Shown: positions 48,437-58,864 of the stretch, in pieces
Layout: every line of letters begins with the position of its first letter
Position numbering within the stretch: the first letter of the stretch is position 1
Translations under genes and position numbers: made by a program
Notes under the pieces: generated by a model
The model's database searches: none
Told to the model about the DNA's origin: nothing
What the model saw: the letters and a program-made list of their open reading frames with translations, nothing else
Source of the DNA: Clostridia bacterium
Lineage (GTDB): Bacteria; Bacillota; Peptococcia; Peptococcales; BICA1-8
NCBI GenBank assembly: GCA_030154225.1
Contig: JASKKI010000006.1
Coordinates: 1 to 60,584, forward strand
Length of the DNA stretch: 60,584 nt
Direction: 5' to 3'

Positions 48437-49606
48437 TTATCTTCTAATATTGTCCCACATGCTTTTCCCAAAACCATTATAAGGTATCTGGAAGTATTCG
48501 GCAATTGTTGCTCCAATATCGCCAAAACTTTCCCTTATTCCTAAATTAATACTTCCTTGAACCTTTTCACCCATTATTAAAACAGGTACATATTCTCTAC
48601 TATGATCTGTACTAATTGTAGTAGGGTCACAACCATGATCACCGGCAATAATTAACATAGTCTCCTTATCTAAAATGTCCCATATTTCCGGGAGCCTTTT
48701 ATCAAATTCTTCTAACGCCCGGGCATAACCCACTGGATCATTGCGATGTCCAAACTTAGCATCAAAGTCAACTAAGTTGGCAAATATCAAACCATCCTTT
48801 AATTCCTTAAAGGCTAGTAAAGTTTTATCAACTCCATCCATATTACTAGTAGTATGATAATTAGCAGTAATACCCTGGTTTGCAAATATGTCTTTTATTT
48901 TGCCTATAGATATTACCTGTTTTCCTTTTTCTTTTAAAGTGTCAAGTAAAGTCTTTTCAGGCGGTTTTAAAGAATAATCATGGCGGTTAGCAGTTCTGAT
49001 AAAATTTCCAGGTGTTCCGATAAATGGCCTAGCTATAACTCTACCTACTTTATAAGGTCCAGTAAGGAGCTTTCTGGCAATTTCACACATTTTATATAAT
49101 TCTTTCAAAGGAACAATATCCTCATGGGCAGCTATCTGAAAAACACTATCTGCCGAAGTATAAATAATTGGATACCCTGTCTCCATGTGTTTTTTACCTA
49201 AACGTTCTATTATTTCTGTACCGGAAGCAACTTCATTTCCTAAAGTTTTTCGCCCAATTAAATTTTCAAATCTATTAATTAGTTCTGTGGGGAATCCTTC
49301 TGGAAAGGTTGGAAAGGGATCTTCAGTGATTAAACCCATCATTTCCCAGTGTCCTGTTGTAGTATCTTTACCCTGAGATTTTTCGGCCATTTTTCCATAG
49401 GCCCCCAAAGTATTTTTTACAGTCTTAACTCCTTTAATCTCGGTAATATTGCCAATACCCATTTGGGCTAAATTAGGCAATTCTATTCCATCTATTGCCA
49501 TAGAAATATTTTTTAAAGTATTTGAACCTTTATCTCCATATAAATAGGCATCAGGTAACTCTCCAACTCCTAAACTATCTAATACTAATAGGATTACTTT
49601 TGCCAT
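48437..49606 (-). CDS. deoB: Phosphopentomutase
   Basis: [57 protein letters not shown]. Confidence 0.97.
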   Translation of the reverse strand: MAKVILLVLDSLGVGELPDAYLYGDKGSNTLKNISMAIDGIELPNLAQMGIGNITEIKGVKTVKNTLGAYGKMAEKSQGKDTTTGHWEMMGLITEDPFPTFPEGFPTELINRFENLIGRKTLGNEVASGTEIIERLGKKHMETGYPIIYTSADSVFQIAAHEDIVPLKELYKMCEIARKLLTGPYKVGRVIARPFIGTPGNFIRTANRHDYSLKPPEKTLLDTLKEKGKQVISIGKIKDIFANQGITANYHTTSNMDGVDKTLLAFKELKDGLIFANLVDFDAKFGHRNDPVGYARALEEFDKRLPEIWDILDKETMLIIAGDHGCDPTTISTDHSREYVPVLIMGEKVQGSINLGIRESFGDIGATIAEYFQIPYNGFGKSMWDNIRR

Positions 49607-49624
49607 TTAACTTATTTTACCTCC

Positions 49625-50515
49625 TTATGCTCTGGGATGAGTTTGCTTAAAAACCCGGGTGATTTTCTTACGGGTTAAGTGAGTATAGATTTGGGTTGTC
49701 GAAATATCAGCATGTCCTAGCATTTCCTGGACTGCACGTAAATCTGCACCATTTTCCAAAAGGTGGGTTGCAAAGGAATGACGTAAAACATGGGGAGTAA
49801 TTTCTTTTTCAATACCTGCTTTTTGGGCATGGGCTTTTAAAATTTTCCAAAAACCTTGTCTCGTTAATTTTCTACCATGGTGATTTAAAAAAATTGCTTG
49901 TTCCCTTGGATTTTTTAATAGTTTATTTCTTCCCCATTTTAAATATGTATTAAGACTTTCTATAGCTTTGGAACCTATAGGAATAATCCTTTCTTTTGAC
50001 CCTTTACCCATACATCTTATGTAACCCATTTCCAAATTCACGTTATTTATGCCTAAATTTATAAGCTCAGAAACACGCATCCCGGTAGCATAAAGTACTT
50101 CTAACATTGCTTTATCCCTGACACCTGTTGCTGAATTTAATTTTTTTGGCTCTTCTAAAAGCCTGTCCACTTCAGGTATGGATAATATTTTAGGTAATTT
50201 TTTATCTTGTTTAGGTCTTTCTAAATCATCAGCAGGATTTTCCTTTATATATCCTTCCTGAAACAAAAATTTAAAAAATGTTTTAAGGGCTGCAATATGG
50301 CGAGAAATAGTAGCTGCAGCCCTTTTCTTTTTTTTCAAGTGGGCTAAATAGGCAGTAATATGTTCTCTTTGTATGATTTCTAGATTATTGATATAATTTT
50401 TTTTTAAAAAATCTATAAAATTTAATAAATCTCGTTTATAAGAATCTAATGTATTTTCACTTAAACCTCTTTCAATTAGAAGAAAATTAATGAATTCATC
50501 TACTAACCCGGTCAC
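49625..50515 (-). CDS. xerD: Site-specific tyrosine recombinase XerD (RipX)
   Basis: YATGMRVSEL, GKGSKER, TRQGFWK, HVLRHSFATHLL, LGHADISTTQIY; canonical position before deoB. Confidence 0.96.
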   Translation of the reverse strand: MTGLVDEFINFLLIERGLSENTLDSYKRDLLNFIDFLKKNYINNLEIIQREHITAYLAHLKKKKRAAATISRHIAALKTFFKFLFQEGYIKENPADDLERPKQDKKLPKILSIPEVDRLLEEPKKLNSATGVRDKAMLEVLYATGMRVSELINLGINNVNLEMGYIRCMGKGSKERIIPIGSKAIESLNTYLKWGRNKLLKNPREQAIFLNHHGRKLTRQGFWKILKAHAQKAGIEKEITPHVLRHSFATHLLENGADLRAVQEMLGHADISTTQIYTHLTRKKITRVFKQTHPRA

Positions 50516-50588
50516 TTTTTCACTCTCCTTAAATACAGTTATACCTGGTTAGTATTTCCACATTAAATATTATTCTCCTGTTTCTTAT

Positions 50589-50789
50589 TTATTTTTTTTC
50601 CATATTAGGTTGACTTTGAACTTTTATCGGTTGACTTAAAATATCTTCTTCTTTAACCGAACCATCGGTTTTAACTGTATCCTGTCCTAAAATCTTGGGA
50701 ATTAAGCTAATTAATAAGGTAGAGATAATTAATAAGGAAATAAGATAGACCAGCTTTTTCTTCCATTTAGTTATAGCAATTAAATACAT
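50589..50789 (-). CDS. Small membrane protein (66 aa), possibly sporulation-related
   Basis: GGGAGGG RBS, one TM helix; sigma-E-like GTCTAGG...CATAAGAAT upstream. Confidence 0.7.
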   Translation of the reverse strand: MYLIAITKWKKKLVYLISLLIISTLLISLIPKILGQDTVKTDGSVKEEDILSQPIKVQSQPNMEKK

Positions 50790-50933
50790 AATTACCCTCC
50801 CCTTTCTTTTTTATTAATTCTTATGTCTTAATTCCCTTGTCCTAGACTAATTAAATAAAAAAATAATCAATGTTATACAAGTTTACATTTAGGGAAAATA
50901 TAAAGATATATATTTTTGAGGAGGTTTTGTTTT

Positions 50934-51239
50934 ATGAGTAACAAACAATTAACCAATAGGGAATGGAAACAGGAAACATATGAGAATGAAAAAGGAACTT
51001 TTACAATTTTTTTTGATTTATGTAAAGGATGCGGACTTTGTATTGAAAAATGCCCCACTCAAGTTATATCCTGGTCGGAAAACTTAGGTTTTATGGGTAC
51101 TCCTGCTGTTAAACCCAGGATGGAAGGCTGTATTGTCTGTGGCATGTGTGAGTTGGTTTGCCCTGAACCAGCCATAAGCATTATTCGTAAACGTAAAAAA
51201 CCAACCCCAATCCAGGATAATACTCCCGATGATAGATAA
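50934..51239 (+). CDS. 2x[4Fe-4S] ferredoxin (2-oxoacid oxidoreductase delta-like)
   Basis: CKGCGLCIEKCP and CIVCGMCELVCP; GAGGAGG RBS before MSNKQ. Confidence 0.9.
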   Translation: MSNKQLTNREWKQETYENEKGTFTIFFDLCKGCGLCIEKCPTQVISWSENLGFMGTPAVKPRMEGCIVCGMCELVCPEPAISIIRKRKKPTPIQDNTPDDR

Positions 51240-51333
51240 AAAAGAAAAAGCCATAACACAGAAAAGTTACCGTTTCTTTGTAATTTTCTCAAAAATAAAG
51301 TAAAATGAAAAAAAAAGTAAAAGAGGATATATA

Positions 51334-51588
51334 ATGTCAAGAAAATATAAGGGAAAAAATAGACTGGACGAAATTCTTTTACCTTCTCAAACATCTATCC
51401 TGATAAAAGTAGATGTAAAAGAAATTAATTATATACAAAAAATTATGGAATGCTATGAAAACCTGGCCATAGTAGTACCTTTAGATCCCAAAAAAGGCCG
51501 ACTTCTTATCCATACCACCAATAACTTAATAGAAGATGTTGTAGATATTCTAAAATCATTACCTGTGAAAATTGAAATAAAAAGGTGA
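51334..51588 (+). CDS. DUF4911 domain protein
   Basis: I.YI.KIME.YE.LA....DPK.G pattern; 84 aa. Confidence 0.75.
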   Translation: MSRKYKGKNRLDEILLPSQTSILIKVDVKEINYIQKIMECYENLAIVVPLDPKKGRLLIHTTNNLIEDVVDILKSLPVKIEIKR

Positions 51589-51615
51589 TAAAAACAATGG
51601 TTTTTATCACCTTTT
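51580..51615. terminator. Bidirectional terminator
   Basis: AAAAGGTGATAAAAAC...GTTTTTATCACCTTTT between convergent genes. Confidence 0.8.
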
Positions 51616-51652
51616 TATTACTAAATAATAACAAGGATTTATTAGCTTTTAC

Positions 51653-53032
51653 TTAGACAGAACTTGACTTAGCTCTTTGCACATCCTCTTTAGCTTTTAC
51701 ATTTTCCAAGAAATCTTTAGTTTCACTAACAACTACTCCACTTAATAACAATAATCCTATTAGGTTGGGTATAGCCATTAAACCGTTTAAAGTATCTGCA
51801 ATATCCCAAACCAGTGAAAGTTTAGCAACGGCACCTAAACCAACAAAAATGACCCATAAATATCGGTAAGGTTTAACGGCAGATACGCCAAATAAATATT
51901 CGGCACACTTTTCACCATAATAAGCCCAACCAAGAATTGTGGAATATGCAAATAGAATTATACCAATAGCTACAATTAGACCGCCGGGACCAGGTAAACC
52001 TTTATTAAAGGCCATAGTAGTTAAAGCTGCCCCTGTTTCTCCAGTTTCCCATACACCGGTAATTGCTAAAACCAAACCTGTAATTGAACATACGATTATA
52101 GTATCAAGAAAAGTACCTGTCATAGAAACAAAAGCTTGACGAGCTGGATGGTCTGTTTTGGCAGCAGCTGCAGCTATAGGAGCACTACCTAAACCTGCTT
52201 CATTAGAGAAAACACCCCTTGCTACACCAAAACGAATGGCTTTGGCAACAGTTGCTCCTGCGAAACCACCAGCAATTGGTTGAGCACCACTAAAGGCAGC
52301 TTTAAAAATTAAAACAATAGCAGCTGGTAATTGGCTAATATTTAATAAAATAATTAATAATCCACCCAATACATAAAAGACAGCCATTATTGGAACTAAA
52401 GTACTGGTTACTTTAGCAATACTCTTAATACCACCAAGAACAACAAGAGCTGTTAAAATGGCTAATACAACACCAGAAATCCAATGGCTTAAGCCAAAAG
52501 TAGAATTTAAGGCATCAGCCACAGAGTTAGATTGAACCATATTACCAATACCAAAACCGGCAGCTGCACCAAAGAAAGCAAAAAGTACACCTAGCCATTT
52601 CATATTTAGACCTTTTTCTATGAAATACATGGGACCGCCGGCCATTTCTCCATTTTCGTCTTTAACACGGTATTTTACAGCAAGGATGGCTTCTGCATAT
52701 TTAGTAGCCATACCAACCAGCGCTGTTAACCACATCCAAACTACTGCACCAGGACCACCTAAGGCTACCGCAGTTGCTACCCCAGCAATGTTACCTGTAC
52801 CAATTGTAGCCGCTAGAGCAGTCATTAACGCTTGGAAATGGGTAATATCCCCTTCTGAAGTATCATCTTGATGTTTAGAAAAAGAAAGTTTTAAAGCATA
52901 TGGAAGAAATTTAAAAGTAATAAATCCTAATCTAAAAGTTAAAAATAAACCAGTACCCACTAATAAGGCCAACATATAAGGTCCCCAGACAAAGCTGTTA
53001 ACTTTGCCCATTAAATTTACAAACGTATCCAA
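51653..53032 (-). CDS. Alanine/glycine:cation symporter (AGCS, AlsT-like)
   Basis: [45 protein letters not shown]. Confidence 0.95.
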   Translation of the reverse strand: MDTFVNLMGKVNSFVWGPYMLALLVGTGLFLTFRLGFITFKFLPYALKLSFSKHQDDTSEGDITHFQALMTALAATIGTGNIAGVATAVALGGPGAVVWMWLTALVGMATKYAEAILAVKYRVKDENGEMAGGPMYFIEKGLNMKWLGVLFAFFGAAAGFGIGNMVQSNSVADALNSTFGLSHWISGVVLAILTALVVLGGIKSIAKVTSTLVPIMAVFYVLGGLLIILLNISQLPAAIVLIFKAAFSGAQPIAGGFAGATVAKAIRFGVARGVFSNEAGLGSAPIAAAAAKTDHPARQAFVSMTGTFLDTIIVCSITGLVLAITGVWETGETGAALTTMAFNKGLPGPGGLIVAIGIILFAYSTILGWAYYGEKCAEYLFGVSAVKPYRYLWVIFVGLGAVAKLSLVWDIADTLNGLMAIPNLIGLLLLSGVVVSETKDFLENVKAKEDVQRAKSSSV

Positions 53033-53130
53033 GAATCATTACCTCCTCTTTAATTATAAAAAATAAAAAATACTATTTAAAAATTACACCTCCTTAACTT
53101 TTTTAATGATGCACAAAAAAATTTATTTGT

Positions 53131-53159
53131 ATTATACAATGTCTATTGTTAGAAGACAA
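53131..53159 (-). promoter_or_regulatory. SigA-like promoter of the AGCS symporter
   Basis: TTGTCT-17-TATAAT. Confidence 0.55.
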
Positions 53160-53277
53160 TAGTTTTCTCTATGTGTACAGAATAATTACATAAATATAAC
53201 TTATTATAATTATAGTTTGAATATTTCTAAAAGTAAATAATATTTTGAAAACTAATTTTGATATATCATGCAATTTA

Positions 53278-53895
53278 CTAAAATTTAAATACTTTAGTGG
53301 CAAGAGGCGTTAGATATCCTTCAATAAACCCGGCCAGTATCATTATAACTGCTAAGATTAGCAATACCAAAGTATATTTAAAAAAATACTTTGGTATTGC
53401 TCTATTTTCTGTTCTTCTCCCATTTAAAAGGTATAAGCTAAATGCTGTTGCTGAAGCACTTGCAATTATTAATGATGGTAACTGCAACAAATTTTGTGGA
53501 AAAATAGTTAATAAAATTATCCCCAATCCCTGCCAAGTATTATTTTCTAAAAAAAATCCTACAGTAAAACCGAGTACAAAACCTCTAGTGAATATGATTA
53601 CTATTATTAGAGGCAATCCGATAACTGTTAGTCCCAAAAACCATATCTTAAATATGGTTATTAGATTTCGCCAAATGGCGTGCTTAGCAGTACTCTGATA
53701 ATCAATTTCATTTCCCATAGCTTTAAAACCTGTATCTATGTACTGGTTAAGATTTTCCAATTGTACTGGTGTTAAAGCTTTGACACCTAAAACCCCAAAT
53801 ACAATTCCCATAATTAAAAAAAGTATAAGAAAAAGACAGACAAAATAATTATTAATAATATAGCCTTTTATACCAAGCTTGACCAATCTACCCAC
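53278..53895 (-). CDS. spoIIM: Stage II sporulation protein M
   Basis: WFLGLTVIGLP...RGFVLGFTVGF...PQNL...EGY pattern. Confidence 0.93.
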   Translation of the reverse strand: MGRLVKLGIKGYIINNYFVCLFLILFLIMGIVFGVLGVKALTPVQLENLNQYIDTGFKAMGNEIDYQSTAKHAIWRNLITIFKIWFLGLTVIGLPLIIVIIFTRGFVLGFTVGFFLENNTWQGLGIILLTIFPQNLLQLPSLIIASASATAFSLYLLNGRRTENRAIPKYFFKYTLVLLILAVIMILAGFIEGYLTPLATKVFKF

Positions 53896-53930
53896 ACCAT
53901 TTCTCTCCCTTGGAAAAGTCTACACAACAT

Positions 53931-53957
53931 ATTTATGCAGGTTGGGTATAATTATGC
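53931..53957 (-). promoter_or_regulatory. SigE-like promoter of spoIIM
   Basis: GCATAAT-13-CATAAAT. Confidence 0.6.
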
Positions 53958-53964
53958 CAAAAAA

Positions 53965-54642
53965 TTAAATGTTTAAATATCCCATTTCAATAATAGTTTG
54001 GGTAATATAATTGGCACCTAAAATATCTTCTAAAGAATTACTACTGGCTGCAACCACGGCAATGTTCTTACCATTTGCTAAATCAACTACTCTTTGCGCA
54101 GCTAGATGAGCTGATTCTTTTCCTTTTGTAGTTAATGTCCTGGCAATTGTACCTACAGTTACTTCCTGGTGGATTTGCCAGGCGGCATCAAAAGCTACAC
54201 CACCTGTATCACTAACACATATAACTATTTTTTTATCGAAGTCCGTTACTTTTCCAACCTCTGCACCCAGGTTAGGTATTATATCCTCTATTTTTCCACC
54301 GGCGTCTTTAATACCTTCAATTACTTTGCTACAATTATTTATCCTCTCTTTTTTCTTTCCCCAACGAGGTTCAGATAGTATTACAATACTGGTATTTAAT
54401 TCTTTGGATTTTGTCCCTCCCCAAAATCCAATTTTATAAGGATTTACTTTTACTGGTGCTTTTGTTACATCTGGACTAGCGCCCAGAACTAAAGCTGCCC
54501 CTTTTTGTAAAGCTGCCTCTAAAGAAGTAGACATATCAATAATATCTACAATCAGTACCACATAACCTAAAGTTGCAGCCCGAACTGCCCCTGAAGCATT
54601 AAAAGTTGTTATTACTTCTTTACCCTTCAATAACTTTTCCAT
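53965..54642 (-). CDS. Hypothetical protein, ComB (2-phosphosulfolactate phosphatase)-like
   Basis: VVLIVDIIDMSTSLEAAL resembles the ComB VVIDVLRAST motif; SDTGG and SLED..A match the TTNGT and slED positions. Confidence 0.55.
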   Translation of the reverse strand: MEKLLKGKEVITTFNASGAVRAATLGYVVLIVDIIDMSTSLEAALQKGAALVLGASPDVTKAPVKVNPYKIGFWGGTKSKELNTSIVILSEPRWGKKKERINNCSKVIEGIKDAGGKIEDIIPNLGAEVGKVTDFDKKIVICVSDTGGVAFDAAWQIHQEVTVGTIARTLTTKGKESAHLAAQRVVDLANGKNIAVVAASSNSLEDILGANYITQTIIEMGYLNI

Positions 54643-55795
54643 AAATACCTCCTCCTCCGGGAGCAATAGACAATTTACCTTTTCGAGACAATTCTATTAA
54701 ATTGGCAGTTTTGGAACCAACTACTTGAGCTAAGTCGTAGCGGGGAATATTGTGTAATACGTTCATTTCCGAACCGAAATTTTCTATTAACTTATCAATA
54801 GTTTTTTTCCCTACTTTAGGCAAAAAGTTAAGAGGAACTTGGTAGATATAAGGGGGTCTGTGCTCTGGACTTATGGATTTTAAATTACCTATTTCTAAAA
54901 CCCTGTCTAGAACGCCTTTAGTAATTTTAAACTCAGAACACCAGGGACAGCCCTTAAGCGGTCCCTCTAGTTCAATAGGTTTTTGGCAATTTTCACAAAA
55001 ATTGCGATGATATTTTCCTAATTTAGGATTTAAGCCATAATTGGCAATAATTTTTCCTTTTTCTCTATACAAAGCCTGAACTAATCCCCGAAAACTTGCT
55101 TCTGTCATTTCTATTAAATTATATTCGCGACCTATTTTTTCTAAAGAATGGGCGTCAGAGTTAGTAAGATAAGTTAACCCATGTAAATGGTAAATTCTAT
55201 CGGCCATATCCGTATCCGAACTTAAGCCTAATTCCAATATTTTTATTTCAGAGGTTGATTCTAAAAATACATCCTGAAGAGAATTACCACAACTTCCAAA
55301 TAAACTTCGGTGTGGTGTAAAAGCATGGGCAGGAAAAAAAATTCCCCCTAGATCTTTAGTTGCTTCCAGTAATTTGCGGGCAGGAAGATACGATTGTTGA
55401 GTACTTAAATTAATGTTTTTAATATGTTCGGTAAGAAATTTACTGTACTCTGACAATTGAGAAAATGTAGGGAAAAAGCTTACATAATGCCCCCGACCGC
55501 CATTATCTTCATTACTTTCCACTTCCACACCGGGAATTATTGTTATTTTATTCTGGTAACAAAAGCCACCACCATTTAATTCAAACAAATGACCTTTATC
55601 CATTAAATATTTAATATCCTCTTGTACTCCAGGGCTGGCACAATCTACAATTCCAATAACATTAAGACCTTTTCTTTTAACACACTCTTCAATAATATTA
55701 AAGAAAGTAAGTTTGCGGGATGCAGTAATTTTTACAGGCTGGTTTTTTTGTGTTGCTCCGATATGAATATGCAAGTCAACAAAATATTGTGGCAA
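54620..55795 (-). CDS. Endonuclease Q family protein (YqxK/TIGR00375, PHP domain)
   Basis: DLHIH, PAHAFTP, ELGLSSD, NSDAHS, GKYH..C..C, C..C, GVLDR, PGGGGIYG. Confidence 0.93.
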   Translation of the reverse strand: MPQYFVDLHIHIGATQKNQPVKITASRKLTFFNIIEECVKRKGLNVIGIVDCASPGVQEDIKYLMDKGHLFELNGGGFCYQNKITIIPGVEVESNEDNGGRGHYVSFFPTFSQLSEYSKFLTEHIKNINLSTQQSYLPARKLLEATKDLGGIFFPAHAFTPHRSLFGSCGNSLQDVFLESTSEIKILELGLSSDTDMADRIYHLHGLTYLTNSDAHSLEKIGREYNLIEMTEASFRGLVQALYREKGKIIANYGLNPKLGKYHRNFCENCQKPIELEGPLKGCPWCSEFKITKGVLDRVLEIGNLKSISPEHRPPYIYQVPLNFLPKVGKKTIDKLIENFGSEMNVLHNIPRYDLAQVVGSKTANLIELSRKGKLSIAPGGGGIYGKVIEG

Positions 55796-55797
55796 AT

Positions 55798-56334
55798 TTA
55801 TTCCTCCCTAGTTTTTTCTGTTAAAATTGCTGTTAATGTTTTGGCATCTCTTATTTTGCCTTCTCGCAAAAGTTTTTCTATCTCCTCCATTGATAATAAA
55901 TAAACTTCCATATATTCATCTTCATCAAAATTAGTTGAACCTGCCGCATATATATTCTTAGCTAAAAATAAATGAATAATTTCATTAGAAAAACCAGGAG
56001 AAGCATAAAATTCTTCCAACTTTTGCCAGCAGTCTGAAATATATCCGGTCTCTTCTTTAAGTTCCCTTTGCGCACAAGCTAAAGGACTTTCTCCTCTTTC
56101 TAACTTACCGGCAGGTATTTCCCATAACTTTTCTTCTACAGCCTTGCGAAATTGCTTAATTAGAACAATTTTTTTATCACTTGTTACTGCTAAAATTGCT
56201 ACTGCCCCGGGGTGCTCAACAATTTCCCTTTTCGTAGATTTTCCATTGGGTAAACTAACATTTAATTCCTTAACCTTAATAATACGTCCAGTATATATTG
56301 TATTTTCTTTTTCAGTTTTTTCATAATAATTCAC
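55798..56334 (-). CDS. nudF: ADP-ribose pyrophosphatase (Nudix)
   Basis: REIVEHPGAV, EIPAGKLE...AQRELKEETG Nudix box, SPGFS.E, DAKT. Confidence 0.95.
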   Translation of the reverse strand: MNYYEKTEKENTIYTGRIIKVKELNVSLPNGKSTKREIVEHPGAVAILAVTSDKKIVLIKQFRKAVEEKLWEIPAGKLERGESPLACAQRELKEETGYISDCWQKLEEFYASPGFSNEIIHLFLAKNIYAAGSTNFDEDEYMEVYLLSMEEIEKLLREGKIRDAKTLTAILTEKTREE

Positions 56335-56357
56335 CGATTAAAAACCTCCTACATATA

Positions 56358-56378
56358 AAAATCGCCTATGGCGATTTT
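56358..56378. terminator. Hairpin upstream of nudF (terminator for the DUF3866 transcript)
   Basis: AAAATCGCC-TAT-GGCGATTTT. Confidence 0.55.
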
Positions 56379-56469
56379 TATTAAATAGTAACTAAATAAA
56401 ATAACTTGGTAATAATATAATGGCTAAAAGTCATATATTAGCATATATCTATTTTTTAGGAGACTTGGC

Positions 56470-56598
56470 ATGAGAAAATATATTACCAGTAATTCTATTT
56501 ATTTTGTTGGGCCTTTAAAGGAAGTAATGAAAGAATTAAGAAAACTGGCCCAGGATAATATAACTATCAATGATGTAATAAAAAAATATTTAAACTAA
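56470..56598 (+). CDS. mciZ: Z-ring formation inhibitor MciZ-like peptide (42 aa), not in the ORF track
   Basis: AGGAG RBS; MRKYITSNSIYFVGPLKEVMKELRKLAQDNITINDVIKKYLN*; (hydrophobic)VG...E...L pattern and position divergent from nudF, as for B. subtilis mciZ. Confidence 0.7.
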   Translation: MRKYITSNSIYFVGPLKEVMKELRKLAQDNITINDVIKKYLN

Positions 56599-57663
56599 TT
56601 TGGCTGTATAACTACCCGCAGCACAGCAAGCTAAAAAAAATTCTGTATCCTGTTGAACTCCCCTACCCATGGTCGATAACTCAAATTTATGATTTTGCAG
56701 ATAAGTTAAGCCAGCATAACCATTTTCAAAAACTATGTTATGTAAATTACCTATTTTACTATTAGAAATCTGATCCGATAGAATATTTTTTTTATTACTA
56801 TCATCCAATTGGGGAAAAACTACAGTAGACTTGGCCAGAGCAATCTTTTTTAAAACTGTTATAACATGATGACTTATTCCATAATGGCGATGACGCTGGT
56901 CTTGAAAACTTAGCCTAGGAATTACTATGGGCTGGCCACCCAAACTGTGGACTGTGTTGACAATTTGGCCTACTTCTAAAGCAGTGGTACCTAATTCAGT
57001 ACCGGTTCCCACATTACCCGGGCCCATGGCTACAATAATAATATCCGCTTTTTGGACTGAATAAGCAGCAGCTAATCCTGAATAAATATTTATTGCTTCT
57101 AATTCTCCACCAAAAGCATGTCCCACAGTAACAGTACCGGTTAACCATCTCTCTTTTTTCAAAATATTAACTGTGTTGCTAAAATAAATGGGTAATGCCC
57201 CTCCATCAGTCATGACATAGCTTATTTTTAATTTATCATTTACTGCTCTGACCCCGGCTAAAGCAGGTAAAACCATACTATGTAAAAATCCTATTAATAC
57301 TGGAATGTTATTTAAAGAATTAAACTTTTTAATATCTTCATAATAAGGACTATCAGGTTCTTCTACAGCTAAAACTTTAATTTGCTGGGGTGTGTAACGC
57401 ATTTTTATGATATGACCTCTACTATTACACTCTGTTTTTTTTCGCCTTAAATTAGCAATAATAAAATGATAACCACCAGTCCCCAATCCCAGATTAACTG
57501 CAGTAGTATTAAGCTGGACAATATCATCAATGTCTACTCTTCCAGTTAAACTAAAATAATTGATGGCTCTGGCATTAATTCCGTCAATTTCAACATTTAC
57601 TATTTGCATATTGATATTTTCTTCAATTATTTCTAAAACTTTTCCTGTTCTTATTCTAATCAT
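56590..57663 (-). CDS. DUF3866 family protein
   Basis: LNTTAVNLGLGTGGYH, GHIIKMRYTPQQ, LHS, YVMTDGGALP, GHAFGG, MGPG..GTGT, RHYGISHH. Confidence 0.9.
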   Translation of the reverse strand: MIRIRTGKVLEIIEENINMQIVNVEIDGINARAINYFSLTGRVDIDDIVQLNTTAVNLGLGTGGYHFIIANLRRKKTECNSRGHIIKMRYTPQQIKVLAVEEPDSPYYEDIKKFNSLNNIPVLIGFLHSMVLPALAGVRAVNDKLKISYVMTDGGALPIYFSNTVNILKKERWLTGTVTVGHAFGGELEAINIYSGLAAAYSVQKADIIIVAMGPGNVGTGTELGTTALEVGQIVNTVHSLGGQPIVIPRLSFQDQRHRHYGISHHVITVLKKIALAKSTVVFPQLDDSNKKNILSDQISNSKIGNLHNIVFENGYAGLTYLQNHKFELSTMGRGVQQDTEFFLACCAAGSYTAKLV

Positions 57664-58782
57664 TTATTTATTTGAAGCCACCTTAACGATTTCTACCAAA
57701 TATTCCACGTTTTTAACCAGGTTTTCCACTGTAATAAATTCTTCAGTAGTATGAACTTTTTCCATGCCAATCCCTAAATTGGCAGTAGGTATTCCATAAC
57801 CATTTAAAATATTTGCATCACTACCACCACCAGTTTTATCTAAAGATACCGGCAGATTTAAATTCATTGCAGCTTGTTTGGCAATTTCTATTACCTTTTC
57901 ATTTTCATTAAGACTAATTTCCGGGTAATTTAATTCAAGTTTAACCTCAACCTTTCCCCCTAGTTCTTCAGCAGCCCGTAGTAAACAGTCTTGCATATGT
58001 TGACATTGTTTATCAAGCTTCTCTTTATTTAAACTTCTGGCTTCACCTTCCAGCTCAACCCTATCGGGAATAATATTTGTTGCTTTCCCCCCTTTAATAA
58101 CACCGATATTAGCTGTAGTTTCTTCATCAATTCTCCCTATTTTCATCCTGGTAATACCCCTAGCTGCAATTTGAATAGCATTAATACCCTCCTGGGGGGC
58201 CATGCCAGCATGGGCTGCTTTACCCAAGATAACAGCTTCTAACTGGTTTTGGGCGGGACCTTGAACAACAATGTGTCCAGCCGGGCCTGCACTATCCAGT
58301 ACATAAGCAATGTCAGCATCAATTAATTCGGTATCCAGATTTTTAGCTCCGTGTAGTCCACCTTCTTCTGCTACCGTAAATAGGACTTGTATTGGACCGC
58401 AACTTATTTTATTTTCTTTTATAACCCTTAGCATTTCTAAAATAGCTGATATGCCAGCCTTATCATCAGACCCCAGAACAGTTTCACCCTTTGACTTTAT
58501 TATCCCATCAGTTAAAACCGGTTCAACCCCTTTTCCCGGTTGAACTGTATCCATATGGGCGCAAAATAAGATTTTTATACCATCTTTTTTTCCAGGTAAA
58601 TCTGCTATTAAATTACCAGCATTACCGCCTATTTTACTTCCTGTATTATCCTCCACAACATTTAAACCAAGCTGCTGAAGGGTAATTTTTAAATGGTCTG
58701 CTATTTTCCTTTCATTCCTGGTTTCCGAGTCAATTTTTACTAATTCCATAAATTCTGTTATTATTCTTTCTTTATTTATCAT
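57664..58782 (-). CDS. M20 metallopeptidase, peptidase T-like (YqjE)
   Basis: AHMDTV, LGSDDKAG, EEGG, AHAG, GGGSDAN, HTTEE. Confidence 0.93.
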   Translation of the reverse strand: MINKERIITEFMELVKIDSETRNERKIADHLKITLQQLGLNVVEDNTGSKIGGNAGNLIADLPGKKDGIKILFCAHMDTVQPGKGVEPVLTDGIIKSKGETVLGSDDKAGISAILEMLRVIKENKISCGPIQVLFTVAEEGGLHGAKNLDTELIDADIAYVLDSAGPAGHIVVQGPAQNQLEAVILGKAAHAGMAPQEGINAIQIAARGITRMKIGRIDEETTANIGVIKGGKATNIIPDRVELEGEARSLNKEKLDKQCQHMQDCLLRAAEELGGKVEVKLELNYPEISLNENEKVIEIAKQAAMNLNLPVSLDKTGGGSDANILNGYGIPTANLGIGMEKVHTTEEFITVENLVKNVEYLVEIVKVASNK

Positions 58783-58864
58783 ATTTAAGCCCCCTTATAC
58801 ATTTAATGCTTTTATTTATATAAGTTCGCTAATTATTAAATAATATCCTTTTAAAATCAAATTA

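Noticed and set aside
49625-50515. xerD as a mobile-element integrase
   Set aside because: Canonical housekeeping XerD/RipX in its usual position before deoB-punA.
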